DNA of 64,000 nt from an uncultured Actinomycetes bacterium (lineage in GTDB: Bacteria; Actinomycetota; Actinomycetes; Streptosporangiales; Streptosporangiaceae). How positions within the stretch are numbered: position 1 is the first letter of the stretch; each line of letters opens with the position of its first letter. Of this stretch, positions 1 to 9,362 are shown in pieces. Position numbers and translations under genes: made by a program. The DNA lies in assembly GCA_963725125.1 (NCBI GenBank), contig CAVRXW010000035.1, positions 3,567 through 67,566 of the forward strand. The letters run 5' to 3'. The notes under the pieces were generated by a model. It made no database searches. It had not been told where the DNA came from and was given only the letters and a program-made list of their open reading frames with translations.

Positions 1-526
1 GGGCGTTTTGCGGTTCGCCGCATAGCCGGGGCCGGAGTGATGGAAGGGCCGGGAACCTGGGGTAACGGCAGGTGTCACATCATCTCCCGGCATGGGGCAC
101 ATGATCGTTTCCTTGCCTCGGGCCACGCCCGCTGGACAGCCACAAGATTCCCGTCAACTCTAGTGAGCCAGTGCGCCGCGTCGCATGCACGCTGATCGGA
201 CCAGCGCCGCGCCTATCGGCGGATGCGAGGGTGGCTGCCCGGAACTGGGATGCGGGCCCTCCGAAATGGTGCCCGGCGGTGGGCCGATCTGCGGTTGGCG
301 GCGGTACGGGAATGGCCTTTTGACCGGCGGTGACGAAGGCCGGGCTGGGCCGCCGGGAGGGACAGTCCCGCTGGTGTGCCGCTTTGCCTCGTAGAGGTAG
401 CACGCCGCCGGTGGGATGGCCGCGCGTGGGGTGCTGGTGATAACGCCCCGGCTGTCGGTGGCGCATGAGTTACTCAAGTCGTGGCTGGTTTGGCCGCATC
501 GGCCGATGGTGTGCGCCGTTTGATGT

Positions 527-1414
527 GTGGGTGGGGAGGGATGGCCCGTGGCGGCTGACCGCGACCTGGTCGGTGAGATCGCGAGCCGGCATCTGCCGGC
601 CGGCGTGGCGGCCCGGTGGCTGGGGCTGCTGCGGCCCGCGGCTGCGCTGCACCGGGCGGGCGCTGGTGCCCAGGTGGCTGCGGTCTTGGGCGGGCATCCC
701 GTGCTGCCTGATTCGGTGGCATGGCCGGTGTGGGAGGGCCACGGGCCGTTGTCGTTCGTCGCTGCGGTCGACTGCGCCGCGCTGGCGGCGGGGCCGCTGG
801 ATATCAGCCTGCCGCGGGCGGGGGCGCTGCTGTTCTTCTACTTCGACGGGCAGTACGACAACCATCGGGTGACCGTCGGAACCTGGGACCCGCAGACCCT
901 GGCCGGTGCGCGGATGCTGTACGCCGGGCCCGGCGAAAGCACCTCGGTCCGGGAATGCCCGGCTGGCATCCAGCCGTATCCGCGGGCAGAACTCGCCGCA
1001 GAGCCGACCGTTACGTTCCCCCGCTTCGAGCACCCGGACCTGCAAGCCGCCTTCCGGGCCCCCGGTGAGGACCTGCGCTCGTTTCTGAACCACCCCGTCA
1101 ACGATGAAGCGTTCCTGAAGGCTCTCAGCGACCGGCGGCCCGGGCCCTGCCACCAGGTCGGTGGTTACGCGGCGCCGGTGCAAGGCCCGGTGGAATACGA
1201 GGTCGCCGCCGCCGCGCTTGGCAGCCGCAGCCGGGGCGATGACCTGCAACTGCACGCCGAGCAGGCACGCTGGACACTGCTCGCCCAGATCGACAGCGAC
1301 GGCAGTGCGGGGATGATGTGGGGCGACTGTGGCTGCCTGTACTGGCTGGCCCGGCGTGCCGAAATGACCGACAGCCACCTCCCGCCCACATCCTTCACCT
1401 GGCAATGCGCATAA
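527..1414 (+). CDS. DUF1963 (YwqG-like) domain protein
   Basis: 295-aa ORF. The C-terminal pattern GGYAAPVQGP...WTLLAQIDSD...MMWGDCGCLYWL is typical of DUF1963. Start codon not verified. Confidence 0.65.
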   Translation: MGGEGWPVAADRDLVGEIASRHLPAGVAARWLGLLRPAAALHRAGAGAQVAAVLGGHPVLPDSVAWPVWEGHGPLSFVAAVDCAALAAGPLDISLPRAGALLFFYFDGQYDNHRVTVGTWDPQTLAGARMLYAGPGESTSVRECPAGIQPYPRAELAAEPTVTFPRFEHPDLQAAFRAPGEDLRSFLNHPVNDEAFLKALSDRRPGPCHQVGGYAAPVQGPVEYEVAAAALGSRSRGDDLQLHAEQARWTLLAQIDSDGSAGMMWGDCGCLYWLARRAEMTDSHLPPTSFTWQCA

Positions 1415-1669
1415 CAGGCAACCGGGCAGGGAACGCCACCGGCTGCCGCCACGGCCAACCGTCCCCGCAATGCCGCGCCACAGGCGCGGCCGCACAGATC
1501 AGCCAGATCGGTCACGACACGGACTGGTGCCGCCAGACCAGGTCCGGCCACGCAGAGCGGCGGCTCGGTGAGCGTTCTCCCTAGCCCTTGCCCGTCACTC
1601 GAGGTGCTGCTGTCGGCCGAGGTAACCTGAGCCGTCATCACGGGAACTGAGCCTCCGAACGCGACTCCC

Positions 1670-2209
1670 GTGCATCCAGTCGGCCAACATCGCGGCACCG
1701 TCCGGGGGGCTCCCCGGCAGTGCGCTGAGGCTGCCTGTGCCCGTCAGCGAATCGCGGTCGAACGCCTGTGCCACCCGGACCAGCCAGGCGGCCTGGCCTG
1801 CGACGTGATCATCGCCTCCGACCGCGCCGTGCTCGTGCCCGCGTTCGGGCGCCTCGGGCTTGTGCCCGAAGTCGGCACCAGTTGGCTGCTGACCCGCCGC
1901 CTGGGCGACCACCCGGCCATGGCCCTCTACATCACAGGCCGGCACATCGACGCCGCTGAAGCCGCCCAGCTCGGGCTCGTCAAGGAGGTCCATCCCCACC
2001 ACGAGCTCCTGAACGCCACCCAGCGCTGGTGCGAGCGCATAAGCCAGTTCCCACCGCACGCCCTCGAGATGACCAAGCCCCTCCTCCGCGCCGCCGCCGA
2101 TGCCCCCTGGGAACAGTCACTCAAACTCGAGGAGTACGCCGGAGCCAACTGCTTCTCCACCACTGCCCTCCCCGCAGCAGCCGCGGCGATCAAGGCATCC
2201 ACCCGTTAA
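1670..2209 (+). pseudogene. enoyl-CoA hydratase/isomerase (crotonase) C-terminal fragment
   Basis: From ~1780 the ORF reads LACDVIIAS...GLVPEVGTSWLLTRRLG...ITGRHIDAAEA..., a crotonase core and C-terminus. The N-terminal ~100 aa of the fold is not found in any upstream frame. Confidence 0.55.
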
Positions 2210-2235
2210 GCAGCCTCGGATTGAAGGATCTCGGC

Positions 2236-2480
2236 GATGGGCGGCGGGCGCCAATGCGGGCCGACCTGATCGCCGCCGCGCACCGCCAGCTGCACGCCCC
2301 GGTCATCCTGAGAGTGTCTGGGCGAACCTGAAGAACGGCCTGGGCAACCTCGCCGTCCGTGACGTTGACCAGTTCGCCGCCGTCGTCAGGAACCGGCTCA
2401 AGCGCATCCAGTACCAGCCCGCGCTCATCGGCGGTTCCTCGCCCAGATCGGACTGTCCCTCGAACCCGAACCCGCCGTAG
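2236..2480 (+). mobile_element. IS630-family transposase C-terminal relic (degraded)
   Basis: Two adjacent frames read ..DLIAAAHRQL.. and then PESVWANLKNGLGNLAVRDVDQFAAVVRNRLKRIQYQPALIGG... This is the conserved tail of IS630-type DDE transposases. The catalytic core is absent and there are at least two frame breaks. Confidence 0.5.
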
Positions 2481-2524
2481 GATCTAATGCTGGCCTTTCA
2501 AGCTCTGTAGCGGGCGAAGAAGCG

Positions 2525-2914
2525 CTACCCTCTCGATCTTTTCCGCTCGATTCTGGGCCTTATGGCGTCACGCCGTTTTGCACCAGAGCGCAGTCTAGGG
2601 CGACTTTGACCTGTGCTTGCAGGTCGGCATGAAGCGAGGTTGGGGTTACGGCACTTGGCGGCAGCCTCGGGGCTGCGGTGCTTGACCGGGCAGCGGCCGT
2701 GCCGGTACACGCGGGCCCTGGGCTTGCCCCCGGACCGGATACCGGTAGCCACAGACCGTTGAATCGAATACACGGCGTTGTCGACGGGGTGCATGGCGCG
2801 CCTGGCCTTCTTCACCACCTTGGGAGTCACCGCCCGCCTCACCGCACGCCCGGGATGCGTCGCGCGGCGCACACCGCGCGGAACCAGCAACCTGGAAAAG
2901 AACCCCATCTCCAC
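2525..2914 (-). CDS. small basic hypothetical protein (actinobacterial family with RHGxCPVxHR...AAxxC motif)
   Basis: 129-aa ORF with the motifs RAVTPKVVKKARRAMHPVDNAVYSIQRS and YRHGRCPVKHRSPEAAAKCRN, recalled from small conserved actinomycete proteins. The C-terminal tail may be read-through. Confidence 0.45.
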   Translation of the reverse strand: MEMGFFSRLLVPRGVRRATHPGRAVRRAVTPKVVKKARRAMHPVDNAVYSIQRSVATGIRSGGKPRARVYRHGRCPVKHRSPEAAAKCRNPNLASCRPASTGQSRPRLRSGAKRRDAIRPRIERKRSRG

Positions 2915-3180
2915 CCCACACCGTGAACCAGCCCTCGAACGCTACGCCTGCCAGAAGGGCGACCGGAGAGCAAACCAGCATCAGGCACCATTTCGGTGAG
3001 TGACGCGAACCGAAGCCACCCCCAGATCCCTCACGCTCACTCCCAGCCGAGCAAGCTGGGCAGCCGCGACGCACCCCGTCGCCTACGAGCCGGTTCTGCC
3101 GCTTTCGACCAGCGCACTGGCGGCTTCGGCACGATGGCCAGAAGCGCCCAGTCCGCGGCATTATGCGGATGGGTTGTGGG

Positions 3181-3702
3181 TCAACGTCGCTGGTCTGGCT
3201 GGCGGGCCAGCCGGGCGAGCAGGTAGGAGGAGAAATACGTGCCGTATTTGCGCTGCAGGCCGGGGTGCTGCCAGTCGCGGCCGCTGATCGTGCCGCGGCA
3301 CGAGCGCGTCCGGCACTGGCATTCCATGATTTCGTCGTGGTCGTCGAAGAGCGCGTAGTCGGTGGTCAGCTCCTCGCCCGGGCCGATGTCACTCATGGCG
3401 ACTAGGACGGTGTTGCCCGCGAACCCGACGTTGGGCTCACAGGAGTGGTTAATAAACAGCATGACCGGCTCGTACTCGGCCTCCTCCAGGGCAGCCAGGT
3501 GAAAGCCGCCGGCGATCTGGATCTCGGAGTTCTGCAGCCGCGCTGGCAGCGACCGCAACGCGGCGGTGGTGACGATGTGGCCGCCCTTGATCGCGACGAG
3601 TTCATCAGCGGCGATCGGCGCGACGGCGAACAGTCCGCGGCCCTCGATGACGCTGGCTGCCCCCTTGCGTGCTTTCGGGGTGATGTAGCTGGAGACAAGC
3701 AC
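3181..3702 (-). CDS. SET-domain protein-lysine methyltransferase-like protein
   Basis: 173 aa with GRGLFA, FINHSCEPN, EELTTDY and a post-SET Cys cluster CQCRTRSC. Confidence 0.8.
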   Translation of the reverse strand: MLVSSYITPKARKGAASVIEGRGLFAVAPIAADELVAIKGGHIVTTAALRSLPARLQNSEIQIAGGFHLAALEEAEYEPVMLFINHSCEPNVGFAGNTVLVAMSDIGPGEELTTDYALFDDHDEIMECQCRTRSCRGTISGRDWQHPGLQRKYGTYFSSYLLARLARQPDQRR

Positions 3703-3907
3703 AGGCCAGTCTTACCCGATGGCAGCCGGCCCTGGCGACCTCGCGGGGCAGCGCGGCCTCCGGCCTGGGCCGTACTGACCGCGCCCAGCGCGGCATAGAA
3801 AGGACGGTGCTCACGCGGCGCCGACGAGTCGGTCGTGTCGGGCCGCTGCCGGATCAGGATGTCGCCGACGAAAGTGAGTCTCTCGGTTGGCTGGGCCTTG
3901 GTAACGT

Positions 3908-4177
3908 GTGGCCACTCTCCCGATTGGACGGCAGGTGCACGATGAATGCGGATGGGCGTCGCTGATGGATGTCGTCCTTGAAGATCCCGGGGAACGGCCG
4001 GTCGGGATCTACCAGCTCGTCCACCGCTTGACCGATCTGAATGCCAAGCAGGCCAAGAAGCTGGTTGATTCAGCACCGCAGACGATCCTTCCCCGGACGG
4101 CGAGAACGCAGGCTGAGGCGATCAAGATTGAACTCGAAGCGCTAGGAGCCCGGGTCAGGCTCGTCCCCGCCGAGTAG
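3908..4177 (+). CDS. stand-alone ribosomal protein L7/L12 C-terminal-domain-like protein
   Basis: The last ~68 aa (MDVVLEDPGERPVGIYQLVHRLTDLNAKQAKKLVDSAP...EAIKIELEALGARVRLV) align without gaps to the E. coli L7/L12 CTD. There is no N-terminal dimerisation domain or hinge. The start may be the internal ATG at 3965. Confidence 0.65.
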   Translation: MATLPIGRQVHDECGWASLMDVVLEDPGERPVGIYQLVHRLTDLNAKQAKKLVDSAPQTILPRTARTQAEAIKIELEALGARVRLVPAE

Positions 4178-4442
4178 ATGGCCTGTCATCGGTAGTCTTC
4201 GCAGGGCTTCGGATAGGGGAATTGGGGGTCACCGGTACCCGCCCGATCATCGGCCGAGCGTCGGAGGACACGCCGATCATTCTGATCTGCGTGGGGCGGG
4301 ACTGTGGCGCTACGCGCCACTCGGCGAGCAGATCGGATATTGCTGCCGGTGATGAACCAGGGCGCCGTGGCGCTAGGCCGCGATGGGTTACCTGACCGGG
4401 TGGGCGATGAGCCCTGTGAGGGAGTCTGCGCGTTGGGGTGTG

Positions 4443-4772
4443 TCAGGCGGCGCGGGTTTTGGTGACTTTGGCGACCACGCCGGTTTTCGGGCCGACGTCC
4501 ACTTGCACCCGCAGGCCCAGCGTGCGCGACAGCGCGACCAGGGTGTCCATGGTGGGGTTGTGCTCGGCGGCTTCCAGCCGCGCCACGACCGGCTGGCTCC
4601 ATCCCAGCAGCCGGGCCAGCCCGCTCTGGCTCAGCTTGTGCTCGGCCCGGTAGCGGATGACCGCCTCGGCCACCGCCCGGGCCAGCGCGGTGCGCTCCCA
4701 CTCCGCCGCGAACGCCGGGTCGGCCAGCATGCCCGCGAGCACCTGGTCGTTGCTGATTAGCCGCCGTGCCAT
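4443..4772 (-). CDS. XRE-family HTH protein, HigA-like antitoxin
   Basis: 109 aa with the HTH LSQSGLARLLGWSQPVVARLE and a typical antitoxin size and layout. Confidence 0.75.
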   Translation of the reverse strand: MARRLISNDQVLAGMLADPAFAAEWERTALARAVAEAVIRYRAEHKLSQSGLARLLGWSQPVVARLEAAEHNPTMDTLVALSRTLGLRVQVDVGPKTGVVAKVTKTRAA

Positions 4773-4885
4773 CCCTCGATCTCCTTCAGCCGGTCCTCGG
4801 CCTGGCGCACCGCCCGGTCGAACCCGCGCTTGTCACGCTGGGCCTCCGGGCTGATCGCCAGCTGCTTGTGAGCGAATAAGCATGA
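4757..4885 (-). pseudogene. possible truncated toxin remnant upstream of the antitoxin
   Basis: A 42-codon open frame (..LFAHKQLAISPEAQRDKRGFDRAVRQAEDRLKEIEGWHGG*) overlaps the antitoxin start by 16 nt, as in coupled TA pairs. An in-frame TGA lies immediately upstream at 4886-4888. The toxin family is not assignable. Confidence 0.3.
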
Positions 4886-5605
4886 TCATCACTGTAGGTG
4901 AGGTGGCCGGTGTGAACGGCACCCGAAATTGACCCTGCATATGCGCATGCTGGTGACGCGGTATGGGCAGCCTGGCTGCGGGGCCGGGTGCGCCGTTGTC
5001 CGTGAACGAGATACCGCAGGCGTAACGTTGTTGGCGCCGCTGTATTTCCGGAACAACAACCTCAGAAGTTAGATGATCCTGGATGGCAAGATCATGAACG
5101 CGGCCTGAGCCGCCAGAACGACCAGCCGGAAGGGTGAGGTCACGGACGTGTGATATTCGGGCAAGCTCTGTGATTTCGGCGTGAACATCTAGGCGCTGGT
5201 CTGGCCATCGGCTCTGTGGCTCACAGGTGCGGCGTGTGACTTGGGGTAGTTGGGCTCGCACCTGCCACATTAGGAATGCTAACTCTAAATGCAATTCCTG
5301 CATCGGCGCGTGCTACGAAGGAAGGGAAGGCCGTCTATTCCGCGGCCAAGATCGTTAGGATACAGCTGAGTAGCTGTACGGATCGATGCCCGACGGTCGT
5401 CAGGGTTATGCAGATGGCGCCCAGATGCAGGAGCGTGAGGGTGGCTTGTGATCGGGGCGAAAGCGCTGGATGCCCTGTCACGAAGGTATACGGTGGCACA
5501 AAGGCTCATATATTTGCCGGCCTCGCAGGCGCTGGTGCAAGACCTGTCTCGCGCCTTCGCCCCCATCGATCGGCCGGTAACAGGGACTTCTACCCGGTGA
5601 CGGTG

Positions 5606-7108
5606 ATGCTCGATAGCAGCCTGCTAAAGGCCCCCCATGCCGACAGTCGGCCCATCGGAGTGCGGAGCCTGGCGGCTCGGTGGCGCTGGACCGGCAGGCA
5701 TGTGCGGCGGCACTGGCTGGCCGCGGTGCTGCTGGCGGCCGGGCTGGTGCTGCGGGTACTCGCCCAGGTCGCCTACCGGCCGGTGCTGTTCTACATCGAC
5801 ACGACCAGGTACCTGTACAACGACGCGCCCGGCATGGACCCGGTCGGCTACAAGGGGCCGCTGCGGGCGATCCTCGCGGTGGCCAACCTCGGCACGGTCG
5901 CCGCCGTACAGCATCTGCTGGGCCTGGCCATGGCCGTGGTCCTCTACCTGCTGTTGCTGCGCCGCGGGTGCCCGCGCTGGCTGGCCGCGCTGGCCATGGC
6001 ACCGGTGCTGCTGGACGCTTACCAGATCCAGATCGAGCAGACCCTGATGCCCGACACCTGGTTCGAGGCGCTGGTCGTGGCCGGCCTGGCCATCCTGCTG
6101 TGGCGCCCCGCGCCCGGCTGGCGCGCCGTCGCGGCCGGTGGCCTGGTGCTGGGCACCTCCGCGATCGTCGCCCAGGTGGGTGAGGCGCTGCTGCCGGCCG
6201 CGGTGCTCTACCTGTTTGTGCTCGGCGGCGGCTGGCGGCAGGCCTTCGGCAAGGCGGGCGTTTTGTGCGTGGCGTTCGCCCTGCCGATCCTCGCCTACTG
6301 CACCGTCAACTATCTGGCCACCGGGAACTTCCTCCCGACCCGCAGTGGCGTCACCTCCGTCTACGGCCGGATGGCGGCCGCCGCGGACTGCGCCACGCTG
6401 CGGCTGCCGCCCGACGAGCAGAAGATGTGCCCCACCAGGGCGCAGCAGGCCCTCGGCCCGGACTTCCTGGAGTTCGGCCTGCAGTCCCCGATCCGGCCGT
6501 ACTACAACGGCCTGCCCCGCGACACGGTGGACGCCTTGATCATCGACTTCGACGGCCGGGTGCTCAGCCAGCAGCCGCTGCGCGTGCTGCGCGCCTACCT
6601 GCGCGACGTGGTGCGGCCGTTCGCGCTGACCAGGGACGGCAGCCCCGGGGTCACGGCGATCGGCCGCTGGCAGTTCCAGGCGTCCTACCCGTACTACCCG
6701 CCGCACGCCTCCCGGCAGGTCATCGACTCCTCGGTAGCCAGGTACGGCGGGGGCCTGCCGGCCGTCTGGGCGCCGGGCGCCACGTTCCTGCGCGGCTACC
6801 AGCTGCACGGCGGGTACACCCCCGGGCCGCTGTTGGCGCTGTGCGTCCTGGCGGGCCTGGCCGGCTCGGCGAGCCTGCTGCTGCGCAGGCGGGCGGGCCC
6901 GGGCTCCCGTGAGCCCGCGCTCGCCTGCCTGCTGCTGTTCGCCTCGGGCGTGGCGGTGCTGCTGGTCTCCGACGTGTTCGAGTTCTCCTGGCGCTACCTG
7001 CTCCCGGCCCTGGTCACCCTGGTCCCAGCCGGCGCACTGGGCATCTGCGTTATTGCCCGTTCGGTACTAGACCGCAAAAAGCCTATTCATCGATCGGCAA
7101 CTGGCTAG
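5606..7108 (+). CDS. polytopic membrane protein, GT-C-like glycosyltransferase (putative)
   Basis: The long ORF 5276-7108 is convincing from the ATG at 5606. It has ~10 hydrophobic segments plus a large extracytoplasmic loop. The upstream part of the ORF is low-GC and non-protein-like. Confidence 0.6.
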   Translation: MLDSSLLKAPHADSRPIGVRSLAARWRWTGRHVRRHWLAAVLLAAGLVLRVLAQVAYRPVLFYIDTTRYLYNDAPGMDPVGYKGPLRAILAVANLGTVAAVQHLLGLAMAVVLYLLLLRRGCPRWLAALAMAPVLLDAYQIQIEQTLMPDTWFEALVVAGLAILLWRPAPGWRAVAAGGLVLGTSAIVAQVGEALLPAAVLYLFVLGGGWRQAFGKAGVLCVAFALPILAYCTVNYLATGNFLPTRSGVTSVYGRMAAAADCATLRLPPDEQKMCPTRAQQALGPDFLEFGLQSPIRPYYNGLPRDTVDALIIDFDGRVLSQQPLRVLRAYLRDVVRPFALTRDGSPGVTAIGRWQFQASYPYYPPHASRQVIDSSVARYGGGLPAVWAPGATFLRGYQLHGGYTPGPLLALCVLAGLAGSASLLLRRRAGPGSREPALACLLLFASGVAVLLVSDVFEFSWRYLLPALVTLVPAGALGICVIARSVLDRKKPIHRSATG

Positions 7109-7515
7109 ATGGCTGCTGTGCATAGGATTTGCTTTCTGTTCACAGAGTAACCGTTGCGGTACTGGCGTGGTATCACGTGTGCTGGACGTCGAGAATGTGA
7201 AAGTAGGCGGAGAGTTCTGAATGCGCAGCACAGGAGATGAAATTGGGTACCATTCCCAGCGATCGGTGCCAGCAAGGTCGCATGCCCGGCCATACGGCTA
7301 GAACGGGGTGACGCCGGGAGCGCATAGCGCCCCGTTCTGCATTCGTACGGGTTGGGGTCCGAGAGGCATGGCGGCCACGCAGGTAGGCGAATTCTGCGCG
7401 TTCAGGCTGGTCGGCGGTAGAGGCGGTGCCCGCGAGGTTGGCGCGGCACCACGGTGGCCGTTGGCACGGCCGTCGGGCCTAAATCACGGCGGTTCTGCGG
7501 GTACTGCGGCTGTGG

Positions 7516-8058
7516 CTAAACGGCAGGAGCGTAGCGGAGCGCAACGACACCGGTGCTGAGGGGCCGGGATTCGAGGAGCTTGAGCGGCACCTGGCTGGTG
7601 CCTCCCTCGAACAGGTGCTTGCCGGTGCCGACCACGACTGGGTGGACCAGCAGGGTGAGTTCGTCGAGCAGTCCTTGCTGGAGCAGGAACCGGACCAGGG
7701 TTCCGCTGGCCCCGGTGCTGATGTTCTTGCCAGGCTGCTGTTTGAGCTTGGTGAGTTCGGCGGTGACGTCACTGCTGATGAGGATCGTGGGTCCCCAGTC
7801 AGGCTGCTCCAGGGTGGTGGACACGACGATCTTTGGCGCGTTGGTCATCATTTCCCCGTGTGGCGGGGCGGAGGGGCCGGTGAACACCGTGCGGAACAGT
7901 TCATAGGTGCGCCGCCCGTACCGTTGCGTGTCGGCGTCGGCCATCTGCCCCATGACGACCTGGGTCATCTCGTCGTTGTAGTAGGGAGGGTTCCACTTCT
8001 CCGGCGCCTCGATGACGTCGTCGAGCGTGATGAACAAGCCTGCGGTGATCTTTCTCAT
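7516..8058 (-). CDS. dihydrofolate reductase-family protein (RibD C-terminal domain)
   Basis: 180 aa with MRKITAGLFITLDDVIE...GRRTYE...LLDELTLLVHPVVVGTGKHLF. Confidence 0.8.
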   Translation of the reverse strand: MRKITAGLFITLDDVIEAPEKWNPPYYNDEMTQVVMGQMADADTQRYGRRTYELFRTVFTGPSAPPHGEMMTNAPKIVVSTTLEQPDWGPTILISSDVTAELTKLKQQPGKNISTGASGTLVRFLLQQGLLDELTLLVHPVVVGTGKHLFEGGTSQVPLKLLESRPLSTGVVALRYAPAV

Positions 8059-8090
8059 GATGGGTCCTTTCCGCGCGTGCCAGCAGCCGG

Positions 8091-8750
8091 TCAGGGGATG
8101 ATCTGGACGAATCGGATGTGGTTGCCGGACAGGTCGCGGAAGGCCGCGTCGATACCCCAGGGAACCTCGTTCGGCTCCTGGATCATCTCCACGCCGCGGC
8201 CCTTGAGTTCGGAGTAGGTGGCTCGGCAGTCATCGACCTCAAAGCTCAGGCCGCTCATCGCGCCCTTGGCTACAAGCTCGTTCATCCTGGCTGCGGTGTC
8301 AGGGTCGTGGACCGGTGGCCCGGGCACGCCGAGGATGAAGTGGACCTCGGGTTGCAGTGGCGGGCCGACGGTGAGGAAGCGGTAATTGCCGAACTCGGCG
8401 AGGGTGACGTCCTGGCGAGGCTCGAAGCCCACCTTGCGCGTGTAGAACGCCAGCGCCTCGTCTTGGTCATGAACCCACAGGTTGACATGGGTAAGCCGCT
8501 TGAGCATCAGGCAAATATCGGCGACCGTGCGGTCGGTGTTGCGGAGCAGCGCGGCGGCCCGCTCCAGCCGGCGCGTCAGCAGGTACCGGTGCGGGCTCTC
8601 CCCGAATGCCCGGCGGAACTCGCGGCTGAAATGAGCCGGCGACAGTCCCGCAGCAGCGGCCAGCGCGGCGACACTGAGCGGCTCAAAGTACCGGCCATCG
8701 GCCAGGTCCTTGGCCCGGAGCAGGTGGCGGGCCGGGTGGGCGCTCGGCAT
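8091..8750 (-). CDS. AraC-type HTH fused to a VOC/glyoxalase domain
   Basis: The N-terminal part reads LSVAALAAAAGLSPAHFSREFRRAFGESPHRYLLTRRLERAAALL (AraC HTH). The C-terminal part reads LTHVNLWVHDQDEALAFY...DLSGNHIRFVQ (VOC). The start was chosen at the ATG 8750 inside the longer ORF 8091-9146. Confidence 0.7.
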   Translation of the reverse strand: MPSAHPARHLLRAKDLADGRYFEPLSVAALAAAAGLSPAHFSREFRRAFGESPHRYLLTRRLERAAALLRNTDRTVADICLMLKRLTHVNLWVHDQDEALAFYTRKVGFEPRQDVTLAEFGNYRFLTVGPPLQPEVHFILGVPGPPVHDPDTAARMNELVAKGAMSGLSFEVDDCRATYSELKGRGVEMIQEPNEVPWGIDAAFRDLSGNHIRFVQIIP

Positions 8751-8880
8751 TGACCGGGAGTATCCCCGACAGCGCACGATCCAGGCAAGACCAAACACGG
8801 CCACGTCCATGACGGCCGCCAACAGAGCAGCGCGGGACGCCACCCAAGCCACCATCAGCGGCAGAACCCAAGGCTGGCTG

Positions 8881-9279
8881 TTACTGTCGGCGGAATCGTT
8901 TAATGGCGTCCTCGGTGGCAGGGGTGAAGAGATTGACGAGGTTGCCATCGGGATCGCGGAAGAGGATGGAGCGATTTCCCCAGGGCATGAGGGTTGGCTC
9001 CTGCTCCCAATCGCTGACGATGGGCTTGAGCCTCTGGTACTCGGCGTCGACATCATCGACAACCCACTCGATGATGGCGGTCTGGTTGTGGGCAGGGCGG
9101 GCCGCGTTGTTGAACAGTTCCGCCGTGCTGGTGTGGCCGAGGGCAAGAGTGCACGACGGGTAACGCAGCTCGGCGAACACGGGGGCGGGCCGGTCCGCTG
9201 CGATTCCGGTTACTTTCTCATAGAACTCGACCATGGCGTCGAGGTTGTCGGTGATGATGCGGACTGAGGCAAGGTCCAT
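8881..9279 (-). CDS. VOC/glyoxalase-family protein
   Basis: MDLASVRIITDNLDAMVEFYEKV...FRDPDGNLVNLF. An AAGGGA RBS lies 7 nt upstream of the ATG at 9279. Confidence 0.8.
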   Translation of the reverse strand: MDLASVRIITDNLDAMVEFYEKVTGIAADRPAPVFAELRYPSCTLALGHTSTAELFNNAARPAHNQTAIIEWVVDDVDAEYQRLKPIVSDWEQEPTLMPWGNRSILFRDPDGNLVNLFTPATEDAIKRFRRQ

Positions 9280-9301
9280 CAGACGTTCCCTTCGTACTGG
9301 C

Positions 9302-9334
9302 ACTTGTACTACGCTACTGTAGCGTAGTACAAGT
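9302..9334. promoter_or_regulatory. perfect 33-bp palindrome, likely TetR operator
   Basis: ACTTGTACTACGCTAC-T-GTAGCGTAGTACAAGT has 16-bp arms. It lies between the divergent VOC (start 9279) and TetR (start 9363) genes. Confidence 0.6.
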
Positions 9335-9362
9335 TGGCGTCAACCGGGAAGACGAGTGCACC

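Noticed and set aside
3402-4076. 224-aa minus-strand ORF spanning the SET/L12-like intergenic region
   Set aside because: It overlaps the SET gene out of frame and the L12-CTD-like gene in antisense. It is Arg/Pro/Ser-rich with no motifs.
7300-7339. 9-bp stem hairpin (AGAACGGGG ... CCCCGTTCT) as a terminator in the 7109-7515 intergenic region
   Set aside because: It has a 22-nt loop, no U-tract, and lies ~190 nt from either flanking stop codon. This is too weak to annotate.
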